A DNA stretch of 64,000 nucleotides from an uncultured Phycisphaeraceae bacterium (GCA_964352615.1 CAYGSG010000007.1:2315-66314); one strand, 5' to 3'. Positions 48,271 through 57,568 are shown, counted from the first letter of the stretch. The notes: generated from the sequence alone by a model not told the origin. Translations and numbers: made by a program.

Positions 48271-48325
48271 AAAAATGACCGCCGCCCACACAAGGGGGCG
48301 GGGGTACTGCCGAAAGGCGGCGGTC
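48271..48325 (-). terminator. terminator-like hairpin after the EF-hand gene
   Basis: The minus strand reads GACCGCCGCC…(30-nt loop with internal pairing)…GGCGGCGGUC followed by AUUUUU. It lies between the EF-hand stop (48377) and the DUF58 start (48196). Confidence 0.4.
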
Positions 48326-48376
48326 GCGGACTCTCATCCCATGTCTGGTTGTCGGCTCTGTTCGAGCCTGAGTGGC

Positions 48377-49492
48377 TCAGAACCCGCCGGACTTGTTCGT
48401 CAGGAACACGAGATCGTCCGAGTTCACCTCGCCGTCGCGGTTGAAGTCGGCCTTGCGTTCGCCCTTGCTGACCGCGTCGGCTGCGATGGCCAATTCGCTG
48501 GCGTCGATCGTGCCGTCGCGGTTGGCATCGACCCAGCTCTGCCCGCGCTGGCCACGGTCGCTGCGGTCCCCACGAGGCCCGCGCTTGCTGCGCATCGCAT
48601 CGCCCGCAGCCTTTCGCTCGGTCTCGTCGAGCTTGCCATCGCCGTCGGCGTCAAACTTCTCAAGAAGCTGCGCCTTCATCGCTTCGCGGTCCTGGCCGAA
48701 CGAAGCTCGGCCCTGGCGCCCCTCGCCGCCACGACTCTTGCGCATGGCCTCGCCCGCAGCCTTGCGCTCGGTCTCGTCGAGCTTGCCGTCGCCGTCGGTG
48801 TCAAACTTTTCGAGCATCTGCGCCTTCATCGCCTCGCGGCCTTCAGCGCCTTGTGGGCCTTGCGGGCCTCTGCGTGCCTGATCGCCTCGCTGCCCGTGCT
48901 GTGGACCCATCCCGAACCCGCCGGTGATCTCCGCGATCAGGGGCCTGGCCGCCTCGCCCGCTGCCTTGCGCTCTTCGCCGGTCAGCTTGCCATCGCCGTC
49001 GGCATCAAACTTGGTGAGAAGATCAGCCTTCATGGCCTCCATCTTCTCTTTGATGCTCGCCTTCATCGCAGCGGTCTCATCCTCGTTCAGTTCGCCGTCG
49101 GCGTCGAGGTCGTACTTCTTGATGAACGCGGCCTTCTTGGCTTCCATGTGCGCCTTGACGGCTTCGCGTTCGGTCTCGCTCAGCTGGCCGTCGCCGTCGG
49201 TATCGAACTGCTTGAGCAGCTCAGGGTCCATGCGGGGCGCATCGCCCCGCTGACCGCGCCGGCCTTCTGCGCCCTCAGCGCCGCGACGCTGGGGGCCCCG
49301 ATCGCCGAAGCGGGCGGGGCGGTCGCGTTCCGCGCCGTCCAGCACGAAGGGCTTGGTGTCCGGGCCTCGCAAAGCCCCGTCACGCCCGCCCTCACGGGGG
49401 GCGTCGCTCTGGGCGCTGGCTCCCATCGCCAGACCCGCCACCAGCACGATCATCAGATGCTTGCCCATTGACCCGTTCAGTTGCTTGTTCAT
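48377..49492 (-). CDS. secreted EF-hand repeat / dockerin-like calcium-binding protein
   Basis: A signal peptide is followed by five DxDxDGxL loops (FDTDGDGQLSETE, YDLDADGELNEDE, FDADGDGKLTGEE, FDTDGDGKLDETE, FDADGDGKLDETE). The C-terminus has DANRDGTIDASE…DFNRDGEVNSDD (dockerin-like pair). Confidence 0.75.
   Translation of the reverse strand: MNKQLNGSMGKHLMIVLVAGLAMGASAQSDAPREGGRDGALRGPDTKPFVLDGAERDRPARFGDRGPQRRGAEGAEGRRGQRGDAPRMDPELLKQFDTDGDGQLSETEREAVKAHMEAKKAAFIKKYDLDADGELNEDETAAMKASIKEKMEAMKADLLTKFDADGDGKLTGEERKAAGEAARPLIAEITGGFGMGPQHGQRGDQARRGPQGPQGAEGREAMKAQMLEKFDTDGDGKLDETERKAAGEAMRKSRGGEGRQGRASFGQDREAMKAQLLEKFDADGDGKLDETERKAAGDAMRSKRGPRGDRSDRGQRGQSWVDANRDGTIDASELAIAADAVSKGERKADFNRDGEVNSDDLVFLTNKSGGF
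48589..48840. repeat. two near-identical ~102-nt units at a 150-nt period inside the EF-hand gene
   Basis: Units at 48589-48690 and 48739-48840 align with only a handful of mismatches. Each encodes REAMKAQ(L/M)LEKFD(A/T)DGDGKLDETERKAAG(D/E)AMR. Confidence 0.85.
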
Positions 49493-49675
49493 GGCCGTTG
49501 TCCCTTCTCACAGCCCAGAACGGGCCGCGGATGTGTTCGTCTGTACCGCCCTCCAACGCACCCTTTGTATCGGTATTGCATCGCCCGAGGGCCATTCAGC
49601 CTCCCATACGGCCTGCTGGGGCAGAATCCGACGCCTCGATTTCCCAATACCAAGCCAGAGAGGACGGTTTTTGCG

Positions 49676-49924
49676 ATGTACACCCCCAAGTCTGCTGGTT
49701 GGGCCTATCTGCTCTGGTGCCTGTGTCTGGTCGGTTTTTGCGGCATCCACCGCTTCTACGCGGGCAAATGGCTCTCGGGCCTCATCTGGTTCTTCACCTT
49801 CGGCCTGCTGGGCATCGGCCAACTCATCGACCTGCTGCTCATCAACGGCATGATCAACAGCTCCAACCTGCGGTCCTACGTCCACAGCCACGCCTGCGAC
49901 CGCCACCAGATGGCCTACGCCTGA
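49676..49924 (+). CDS. TM2 domain protein
   Basis: …AYLLWCLCLVGFCGIHRFYAGKWLSGLIWFFTFGLLGIGQLIDLLLI… is the TM2 two-helix signature. ATG 49676 lies within the longer track ORF. Confidence 0.75.
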   Translation: MYTPKSAGWAYLLWCLCLVGFCGIHRFYAGKWLSGLIWFFTFGLLGIGQLIDLLLINGMINSSNLRSYVHSHACDRHQMAYA

Positions 49925-49958
49925 TCTCTTCGACTCGCTCCTTGCGGCATCACCCGGT

Positions 49959-50318
49959 TTGGCCGCGTACCGTTGGCCGATGGGCAGAACTCGGCACGTC
50001 ATCCTGATGAACGCACCCGCCGAGGATGCCCCGCCCGTCACCCCCGGAACCACGTGCGAACCCCTGGGCAAGCCCGCCGACGTGCTCGCGGTGCTCGCCC
50101 GCTTCAACACCGCCCCCGACGGCTCAGCGGGCTCGATGGGCATCGACCGTCTCTACGGGCCGGGCTTTATCGCCGAGATCCCTACGAGCCTCGATCAGCT
50201 CAGCCAGCTCATGGTCCACATCGACGACGACGAGACCGCATGGCCCGTCATGCAAAGGCTCTGCAAAGAGACCGGCTGGGCCATGTGCGATATGGAATCG
50301 GGCCGACGCTTCATCTGA
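49959..50318 (+). CDS. hypothetical protein
   Basis: 119-aa track ORF on the same strand, between the TM2 and FmdB-like genes. No motif was recognised. Confidence 0.4.
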   Translation: MAAYRWPMGRTRHVILMNAPAEDAPPVTPGTTCEPLGKPADVLAVLARFNTAPDGSAGSMGIDRLYGPGFIAEIPTSLDQLSQLMVHIDDDETAWPVMQRLCKETGWAMCDMESGRRFI

Positions 50319-50361
50319 TCCCCCACGCACTCTCCCCGTGCGCACCAACGGAGCACGCCAC

Positions 50362-50658
50362 ATGCCCACCTACGTCTATCAGGTTCTCGACAAAGCCGGC
50401 GAGGGCACCAACGAGCACTTCGAGGTCGTTCAGACCATGAGCGACAAGCCTCTTACCAAGCACCCCGAAGACGGCCGGCCCGTACGACGAGTGCCGTGCG
50501 CTCCGACCATTCTCGGCAAGTGGTCCGACACCAAGGGCGCCAGCTCCCTGAGCAATAAGAACCTCGACCGCATGGGCTTCACCAAGTACGAGCGCAAGGG
50601 CGACGGCCACTTCGAGAAGTCCGCGGGCAAAGGCCCCAACACGCTCAACGCCGACTGA
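50362..50658 (+). CDS. FmdB-family-like small protein lacking the zinc-ribbon cysteines
   Basis: MPTYVYQVLDKAGEGTNEHFEVVQTMSDKPLTKHPEDGRPVRRV is collinear with the MPxYEYxCxxCGxxFE…CPxCGxxVxR pattern, but both CxxC pairs are replaced. Confidence 0.6.
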   Translation: MPTYVYQVLDKAGEGTNEHFEVVQTMSDKPLTKHPEDGRPVRRVPCAPTILGKWSDTKGASSLSNKNLDRMGFTKYERKGDGHFEKSAGKGPNTLNAD

Positions 50659-50689
50659 CCGCCGACATCCCTACAGAGAAAGACCGCCC

Positions 50690-51817
50690 ATGAGCGCGCA
50701 CCCCGCCCTCTCCAGCGCCATCGCCTTCGGCGAGATCAACGCGCCCAACCGCGTGTTCATGGCCCCGCTCACCCGCTGCCGAAGCGAGCAGCCGGGCGAC
50801 ATCCCGTGGGAACTCAACGCCGAGTACTACCGCCAGCGAGCCTCCTCGGGCCTCATCATCAGCGAGGCCACCCAGATCAGCCCCCAAGGCAAGGGCTACG
50901 CCTTCACCCCCGGCATCCACTCACCAGAACAAGTCGAGGGCTGGAAACTGGTCACCAAAGCTGTTCACGAGCGGGGCGGACGCATCTTCTGCCAGCTCTG
51001 GCACGTCGGACGCATCAGCCACGTTGACTTGCAACCCAACGGCCAGGCCCCCGTCGCGCCCTCGGCTCAGCGTGCGGAGTCCAAGACGTTCACCTCCGCG
51101 ACTTCGGGCCGGGTCGATGTCTCCATGCCGCGCGCGCTCGAGACCACTGAACTGCCCGGCATCGTCGAGCAGTACCGCTCGGCCGCTGCCAACGCCAAGG
51201 CTGCGGGCTTTGACGGGGTCGAGATTCACGGCGCCAACGGCTACCTGCTCGACCAGTTCACACGCGACGGCACCAACCTCCGAAGCGACGATTTCGGTGG
51301 CTCCATCGCCAACCGCCTCCGCCTGCCCTTGCAGGTCGCCAAGGCGGTCTGCGAAATCTGGGGACCGGGCCGAGTCGGCTACCGGGTCAGCCCCATGGGC
51401 GGCACCGGCGACCTCAAGGACTCCACCCCCGACCAGACGTTCGGCCAGCTCGCATCCCAGCTCGGCGCGCTGCACCTCGCGTACATCCACGCGGTCGAGG
51501 CGTTCCGCACCTACGAGCGCAACGACGAGAACGAACGCATCCATGCGCGCATCAACGAGCGGTTCAAGTCAGCAGGCGGCGGCATCTACATAGGCAACGG
51601 CGGCCTTACACCCGACGTAGCCGAGGCTCGCATCAAGCAGGGCCTCGCCGATGCCATCGCCTTTGGCGAGTTGTACATCGCTAATCCCGACCTCGCCGAG
51701 CGCATCGCTCTAGGCGGGCCGTACAACAAGCCCGATCCCGAGACCTACTACGCGGGCGACGCGGGCATAGAAACCGGCTACACCGATTACCCGTCGCTCG
51801 AACAGGCGAACGCCTAA
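50690..51817 (+). CDS. alkene reductase / NADH:flavin oxidoreductase (Old Yellow Enzyme family)
   Basis: …NRVFMAPLTRCR…YYRQRAS.GLIISEATQISPQGKGY..TPGIHS.EQVEGWK.VT.AVHE.GG.IF.QLWHVGR…GVEIHGANGYLLDQF…. Confidence 0.9.
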   Translation: MSAHPALSSAIAFGEINAPNRVFMAPLTRCRSEQPGDIPWELNAEYYRQRASSGLIISEATQISPQGKGYAFTPGIHSPEQVEGWKLVTKAVHERGGRIFCQLWHVGRISHVDLQPNGQAPVAPSAQRAESKTFTSATSGRVDVSMPRALETTELPGIVEQYRSAAANAKAAGFDGVEIHGANGYLLDQFTRDGTNLRSDDFGGSIANRLRLPLQVAKAVCEIWGPGRVGYRVSPMGGTGDLKDSTPDQTFGQLASQLGALHLAYIHAVEAFRTYERNDENERIHARINERFKSAGGGIYIGNGGLTPDVAEARIKQGLADAIAFGELYIANPDLAERIALGGPYNKPDPETYYAGDAGIETGYTDYPSLEQANA

Positions 51818-53214
51818 CCGTTGGCGTCCGCGAGCACCCTTGGCCGATTGGGCAGCCTCAGCACGACGAGCACGGCGAACAGTGCGCACGTCTGCGTGTT
51901 CAAATGGAACGGGTCGAACGCGCTGACCAGCCCCAGCCCAAGCAGCGCGAACATTGGCCCATCGCGGTAGCCAGCCACGCCGTCACCCGGCTCGTAACGC
52001 CCCGCGCTCGATATCGCAGACGCGTACAACAGCAGCACCAGCCCGAGCCCGATGAACCCGCCCGTCGCTGCAACGTGCAAAAGCCCGTTGTGCGCATGGG
52101 CATGCACGCCCACAGGCCCGCCGGTTGCCCCCCCTGGCCCCTCAACATGGTCAAGCACCCACCGCTTGTACCCGCCGGTGCCCACGCCATGCACCGGCGC
52201 GCTGCCCCACGCCTCGGCGGCCCAAATCGCCATCCCGATGCGCGCGCCGGTGTCGGTCGTGAAGTCACGCTCATCGATCGCCCGGTTGATCTCGGTCCAC
52301 GCCGACTCGACGCGCTGCGAAAGCCCGCTGCCGCCAGCCACAACGCCCACCCCAGCCGCCGATGCGCCGAGGATCAGTACCAGCGCCACGGCAGCGCCGC
52401 CGACGGCAAGCCGGTTCTTCGACTTCCACCACCAGCGCAGCGCGACCAAACCGACGAGTCCCATCGCAGCGAGCCAGGCGCCGCGCGTGCCCGTCGCCAC
52501 GATGCCCGCCACCGCCGCAGCGCTGCCGAGCACACCAGCCAGCCGCCAGCCGCCGCGCCCCCACGCCGCTGCGGGCAGGTGCAAGCCGAGCAACCCAACC
52601 AGCAGCGTGCCCCCCACCACCGGGTCCCACCAGCCGCTCCACCGCCCGGGCATGCGGTTCCAGCGGAGCGACGGCTCATCGATCAGCACACCGACGCCGT
52701 GCATGACTTGCGTCACCTGCCCGATGTGCAGCCCGATCGCGACCGCTGCCAGCAGCAGCACCCGGTGTTGCATCAGGGGCCAGAGCATCAGCCCCAGCGC
52801 CGACCACCGGACCAACGCCAGTTCATCGAGCCCCAGCGCACGATCGGGCGACCACAGCAACCCGAGCAGTCCCCACACCACCGCGAGCAGCCAAAGGCCA
52901 GCCGTTGTGCACGCCAGCAGGCTGCCCCACGTTCGCCAATACCGATGCAATCGAATGATCGCAGACGTGCCCGCGGGCACCAGCGCCAGCTCGGCCATGC
53001 TCGTCGGCCCCCCAAGCATCGCGCACGTCGTCACGCCACAAAGCAGATGCACCGAGTAGCCCAGCGGGTCGATTCGTCGCTGGGCCTCAAAGTGCCGCTC
53101 GCCCGGCCGGGTCCGAGCGCCCAGCCGAGCCCCGAGCCTGCCAAAGGCCGCCAGCCTGCCCAAAGGGGCAGACCCAACAGGCAGGTTCGGCTTGGCTTGC
53201 GGGGTGGTGGTCAT
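51814..53214 (-). CDS. O-antigen ligase-like (Wzy_C) polytopic membrane protein
   Basis: More than 10 predicted TM helices, with …TGTRGAWLAAMGLVGLV… resembling the O-antigen ligase/polymerase loop motif. The start is uncertain. Confidence 0.6.
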   Translation of the reverse strand: MTTTPQAKPNLPVGSAPLGRLAAFGRLGARLGARTRPGERHFEAQRRIDPLGYSVHLLCGVTTCAMLGGPTSMAELALVPAGTSAIIRLHRYWRTWGSLLACTTAGLWLLAVVWGLLGLLWSPDRALGLDELALVRWSALGLMLWPLMQHRVLLLAAVAIGLHIGQVTQVMHGVGVLIDEPSLRWNRMPGRWSGWWDPVVGGTLLVGLLGLHLPAAAWGRGGWRLAGVLGSAAAVAGIVATGTRGAWLAAMGLVGLVALRWWWKSKNRLAVGGAAVALVLILGASAAGVGVVAGGSGLSQRVESAWTEINRAIDERDFTTDTGARIGMAIWAAEAWGSAPVHGVGTGGYKRWVLDHVEGPGGATGGPVGVHAHAHNGLLHVAATGGFIGLGLVLLLYASAISSAGRYEPGDGVAGYRDGPMFALLGLGLVSAFDPFHLNTQTCALFAVLVVLRLPNRPRVLADANG

Positions 53215-53437
53215 GGAAGCCAGCGATCATCGCCCCTGAGGCCCAGGCCTGCAACGCGGCCGGGAATGTCCTAACATAATGCAAACTGCAAAATCCGAGC
53301 GAACCGAGCGAAAACCTTGGCCGTCTCACCTGTATAGAAAGGTGGCGAGCCCGCATCGCCGATCTGTGCATGTAGGCTGGAAATTGCCAGCAGGCCGGGC
53401 ACTTGGCCCAGCCGGTCCGCCCAAAGGGAGTCTCACG

Positions 53438-55216
53438 ATGGACGACATCCGCCGCGTGGTTAAGGTTGCTTCCCGCCGACTGCTCATGATCGATCTCATC
53501 GGCTCGGCGGCGTGGGCGCTGACCATCGTCACGCTCGTGCTGCTGATTACGCTGCTGGCCGATCGCCTGATGGCGCTGTCGCTGCCTTGGGCCGACATCG
53601 CGCTGTGGGCTGCGGGCGCGGGTGCCTTGGGTGCTTTGGCCTGGGCATTTGCCACGCGCGCACGCGAGGCCGAGGTCGCCCGCGTGCTCGATGAGAAGGC
53701 CGAACTGCGCGAATCGCTCAGCACGGCGCTCACGGTGGAAAGCGCGACCGATCCGTGGTCGCAGGCCGTGGTGGCCAGCGCCATCGCCAAGGCCAAGCGT
53801 GTGGTGGTGCGCGATGCGCTGCCCATCGAGGGCCCGCGTTTCTGGCAGGTGCCTCTGGCCTCGCTGCTCGCGTTCACCGTGCTCTGGTTCCTGATGCCCA
53901 CGATGGACCTGCTGGGTAAGCAAGCCGAGCAGCAGGCCATCGCCGACTCCGAGAGCGAGATTCAGGAAGCCAAGACCGACGCGACCAGCGCACTCGAGAA
54001 GACCCGCGCCATCCTCGCCAAGTCCAACGTGGATCTTGGCTCGCTCGAAGCCGACGCCCTTGAACTCACCAGCAACGAGCTCGATGAACAGAAGACCGCA
54101 GCCGATGTTCGCAACGTCGCCATGCGCAAGCTCACGAGCCTCACCCAAGAACTCGACGACAAGCTCAACAGCAAGGACTCCAAGGCCACCAAGTCGCTCG
54201 AAACCATGCTCCGCCAGATGCGAACGCCCGGCCAAGGCCCGCTGACCGACCTCGCCCGCGACCTCGCACGGGGCGACATGAAGGGCGCCAAGGCCAAGCT
54301 CGAAGAACTCAAGAAGAACCTCGAAGACGGCTCGCTTAGCAAGGAGCAACAAGACGCCCTCGCCAAGCAGCTCGACAACGTCGCGGGCCAGCTCGAGAAC
54401 CTCGCCCAGCAGCGCAGCGACCTCGAACAAGCGCTCCGTCAGGCGGGCATGAGCGCCGAGCAGGCATCGCAGGCCGCCAACGGAAGCCAAGAAGATCTGC
54501 AGAAGGCCATCGAGCAGATGCAGAACATGTCTGCTGAGCAAAAACAACAGCTCCAACAGCAGGCACAAGCAGCCCAGCAGGCAGCCCAGCAAGCCCAGAA
54601 CATGAGCCAGGCCATGCAGGGCATGTGCCAGGCCATGCAGCAGGGCGATTCCCAGCAAATGCAGGACGCCATGCAGAACATGAGCGGCCAGCTCAGCAAC
54701 ATGGAAATGGCCCAGCAGGACATGCAGGCGATGGACCAAGCCATGCAGCAGGCCATGCAGCAACTCAGCCAACTCGGCCAGAGCTGCGGCCAGCAGGGCT
54801 GGGCTCAGGGCGGTCAGCCAAACCCGGGTCAGGGCCAAACCGGGCCGTGGTCCGCTGGCCAGTCCAAGAGCCAAGGCGCCGGCTCAGGCGGCCCCGGACA
54901 AGGCAACGGAAACGGCCCGGAGGCAGAGGCCGCCGACTTCATGACCGAGTCCATCAAGGCGCGCGTCAACAACCAGGGCGGGCCGATCATCGGCTCGCGA
55001 CTCGTCTTTGGCGATTCCATTCGCGGCGAGTCCGTGCAGGAGTTTGCCGGCGCCGTCGCCAAGGCCGCCGAAAGCGCCACCACCGAAGCGCTCGAAGAGC
55101 AACTCGTGCCCCGCGAGTACCACGAATCGGTCAAAGCATATTTCGGCAGGCTCGAACGCCAGGCTCAGCTCAACGCGGGCAAGCCCGCCGCCGAGCCAGC
55201 ACCCAAGCCCGAGTAA
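53438..55216 (+). CDS. membrane-anchored coiled-coil Q/M-rich protein
   Basis: ATG 53438 (MDDIRRVVKVASRRLLMIDLIGSAAWALTIVTLVLLITLL…) is followed by two TM helices, then a coiled coil, then AMQ/QQ repeats. The C-terminus reads …VPREYHESVKAYFGRLERQ. Confidence 0.65.
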   Translation: MDDIRRVVKVASRRLLMIDLIGSAAWALTIVTLVLLITLLADRLMALSLPWADIALWAAGAGALGALAWAFATRAREAEVARVLDEKAELRESLSTALTVESATDPWSQAVVASAIAKAKRVVVRDALPIEGPRFWQVPLASLLAFTVLWFLMPTMDLLGKQAEQQAIADSESEIQEAKTDATSALEKTRAILAKSNVDLGSLEADALELTSNELDEQKTAADVRNVAMRKLTSLTQELDDKLNSKDSKATKSLETMLRQMRTPGQGPLTDLARDLARGDMKGAKAKLEELKKNLEDGSLSKEQQDALAKQLDNVAGQLENLAQQRSDLEQALRQAGMSAEQASQAANGSQEDLQKAIEQMQNMSAEQKQQLQQQAQAAQQAAQQAQNMSQAMQGMCQAMQQGDSQQMQDAMQNMSGQLSNMEMAQQDMQAMDQAMQQAMQQLSQLGQSCGQQGWAQGGQPNPGQGQTGPWSAGQSKSQGAGSGGPGQGNGNGPEAEAADFMTESIKARVNNQGGPIIGSRLVFGDSIRGESVQEFAGAVAKAAESATTEALEEQLVPREYHESVKAYFGRLERQAQLNAGKPAAEPAPKPE

Positions 55217-55228
55217 GATTCTCTCGAC

Positions 55229-56281
55229 ATGCTTTACAGACTCGCGTTGCTGCTGATCGCCGGGCTGTTCGTGCAGGGCTGCGCGCGCCCAGCAAGTGAC
55301 GAAGCCCCGCCGACGGTCACGCTCTACAGTTCCGTTGACGACTTCCTCCTCCGAGAGATCGTGGACGACTTCGAGACCCAGACCGGCATCACCGTCAGGC
55401 TCGTCGGCGACACCGAAGCCACCAAGACCACCGGGCTCATGCACCGCCTGCTCGCGGAGCGCGACCAACCAAGAGCCGACGTCTGGTGGTCGAGCGAACC
55501 CTTCGCCACCCAACGACTCGCAGATGAAGGCCTGCTCAGCACCATCCCCAAAGCCGTCCACGATGAGCTCGGTGAATGGCCAGCGGAGCTCGTCACCGAG
55601 CACTGGATCGGATTCGCGCTCCGCGCCCGCGTCATCGCCGTGCGCGCTGGCGAGATCGACGATCCCCCGACCTCGCTCCAAGCCCTGACCGATGAACGCT
55701 TCCGAGGACGCGTCGGCATCGCTAGGCCAGAGTTCGGCACCACCCGAGGACACGTCGCCGCCCTCGTTCACGCGTGCGGGCCAGAAGCCTTCGAAGCGTG
55801 GCTCAACGACATGAAGGCCAACGACCTCCGTGTCTACTCGAGCAACTCCGCCGTCGTCAGAGCGATCGCCCAGGGCGAAATCCTCCTCGCCCTCACCGAC
55901 ACCGACGACGTCTGGGTTGCCCAACGCAACAACTGGCCTGTCGAAGTCATCTATGAACAACCCTCACCCGACAGTCCCACCGGCTCTTCCCGCGTTGGTC
56001 TCTGCGATGCCGGCCCGATGCTCATCCCCAACACCGTCGCCCTCGTCAATGGTGGCCCCAACCCGGTCCAAGCCCAGGAACTCATCGAGTTCCTCCTTAG
56101 TGAACGAACCGAGCGACGCATCGCGCAGAGCGACTCACGCAATCTCCCCGTCCGACCAGCCCTCGCCGCTGAATTTGCCCAATGGGGGCCCGACGCTGGC
56201 GTCATGCACCCCGTTGCCCCCGTTGCTGCGAGCGTCCGCGAGGCGCTCGAAATCGTCGAGCGTGTGCTGGGCGGGCCTTGA
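55229..56281 (+). CDS. ABC transporter substrate-binding lipoprotein (iron(III)-type)
   Basis: Lipobox LIAGLFVQGC. …VTLYSSVDDFLLREIVDDFETQTGITVRLVGDTEA…DVWWSSEPF… is typical of the FbpA/AfuA-like SBP fold. Confidence 0.75.
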   Translation: MLYRLALLLIAGLFVQGCARPASDEAPPTVTLYSSVDDFLLREIVDDFETQTGITVRLVGDTEATKTTGLMHRLLAERDQPRADVWWSSEPFATQRLADEGLLSTIPKAVHDELGEWPAELVTEHWIGFALRARVIAVRAGEIDDPPTSLQALTDERFRGRVGIARPEFGTTRGHVAALVHACGPEAFEAWLNDMKANDLRVYSSNSAVVRAIAQGEILLALTDTDDVWVAQRNNWPVEVIYEQPSPDSPTGSSRVGLCDAGPMLIPNTVALVNGGPNPVQAQELIEFLLSERTERRIAQSDSRNLPVRPALAAEFAQWGPDAGVMHPVAPVAASVREALEIVERVLGGP

Positions 56282-56305
56282 TGGCCTAGGCCCTACGATG
56301 ATCCC

Positions 56306-57568
56306 ATGACCACGACCTCGACCACGACCTCGGCCACGACATCGGCAACGGCCTCGGACCAATCCACGCCAAGCATCGACGCTCGCATCGATTCGCTCCT
56401 GCCCGACCTCGTCGCATTCCGCCGGGACCTGCATCGCCATCCCGAGCTGAGCTACAACGAGCACCGCACAAGCAATGCTGTGCAAGATGCGCTGGCTGCG
56501 ATCCCGGGCATCGACATCAAAAATGGACTTGCCGGCGGCACGGGGGTGGTCGCGCACCTGCCCGCGACGGCGCCGACCGAGAAGATGGCCACCGCGCTGC
56601 GCGCCGACATGGACGCCCTCCCCATCACCGAGGCCACCGGCTGCGATTGGTCATCGACCACGCCGGGTGTGATGCACGCCTGCGGCCACGACGGGCACAC
56701 CGTGATCTTGCTCGGCGCCGCACGCGTGCTCGCGTCGCTCGACCATCGTCCCAATCCGGTCACGTTCATCTTTCAGCCCGCCGAAGAAGGCGGCGGCGGC
56801 GGCGAACGCATGTGCCAAGAGGGCGTGCTCGATGGCGCGACCGGCGGCGGGCTCGGACCGCGCTGTGCGCGCATCTTCGGGCTTCACGGCTGGCCCCAGG
56901 TGCCTCTTGGTATCGTCGGCTCGCGCGAGGGCCCGCTGCTCGCTGCGACCGACGACTTTATCGTCAACGTTCGCGGTGTCGGCGGTCATGCAGCCATGCC
57001 GCACCTGCTTCGCGATCCGGTCGTAGCCGCTGCAAGCTGCGTCACCCAGCTCCAAACGCTCGCCAGCCGGTGCATCAACCCGCTCGAACCCGTCGTCTGC
57101 ACCGTCTCCACCATCCACGGCGGAATCGTCGACAACGTCGTGCCCGACGCCGTTGAATTCACGGGCACCGTGCGCACGCTGCACGATACCACGCGCGAGC
57201 AGGCCCGCACGCACTTCTTCCGCATCGTCGAGAGCGCCGCGAGTGCGCACGGCTGCACCGCCGACATCCAGTGGAACCCGGGCTACCCGGTGACCAACAA
57301 CCACCCCGAAGCAACGACTACGTTCTTCGAGGTTGCCCGCCGCGTGTTCGGTCCTCGGCATGTCATCGACGTGCCCGACCCCTTCATGGGCGGCGAGGAC
57401 TTCAGCTACTACGGCCAGCACGTTCCCGCGTGCTTTTTCATTCTGGGCCTGCTGCCCGTGGGCGATGACCCCGCCGCCACGCCGCGCCTGCACCAGCCGA
57501 CGTTCGACTTCAACGACGAAGCCATCGCCCCCGGCGTGCGCACGATGGTCGAACTCGCGCTGTCCTGA
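56306..57568 (+). CDS. M20-family amidohydrolase (N-acyl-amino-acid/hippurate hydrolase type)
   Basis: …FRRDLHRHPELSYNEHRTS…, …RADMDALPI.E…, …MHACGHDGH…. Has an unusual T/S-rich 20-aa N-terminal extension. Confidence 0.85.
   Translation: MTTTSTTTSATTSATASDQSTPSIDARIDSLLPDLVAFRRDLHRHPELSYNEHRTSNAVQDALAAIPGIDIKNGLAGGTGVVAHLPATAPTEKMATALRADMDALPITEATGCDWSSTTPGVMHACGHDGHTVILLGAARVLASLDHRPNPVTFIFQPAEEGGGGGERMCQEGVLDGATGGGLGPRCARIFGLHGWPQVPLGIVGSREGPLLAATDDFIVNVRGVGGHAAMPHLLRDPVVAAASCVTQLQTLASRCINPLEPVVCTVSTIHGGIVDNVVPDAVEFTGTVRTLHDTTREQARTHFFRIVESAASAHGCTADIQWNPGYPVTNNHPEATTTFFEVARRVFGPRHVIDVPDPFMGGEDFSYYGQHVPACFFILGLLPVGDDPAATPRLHQPTFDFNDEAIAPGVRTMVELALS
56309..56356 (+). repeat. degenerate 12-nt repeats (ACCACGACCTCG x2, then two diverged copies)
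   Basis: Read directly from the sequence. They encode TTTS TTTS ATTS ATAS at the amidohydrolase N-terminus. Confidence 0.8.

Noticed and set aside
48560-49300. Regularly spaced repeats that could be mistaken for a CRISPR-like array.
   Set aside because: The repeats are in-frame coding units of the EF-hand protein (150-nt period with degenerate copies). There are no short identical repeats with unique spacers and no cas genes.
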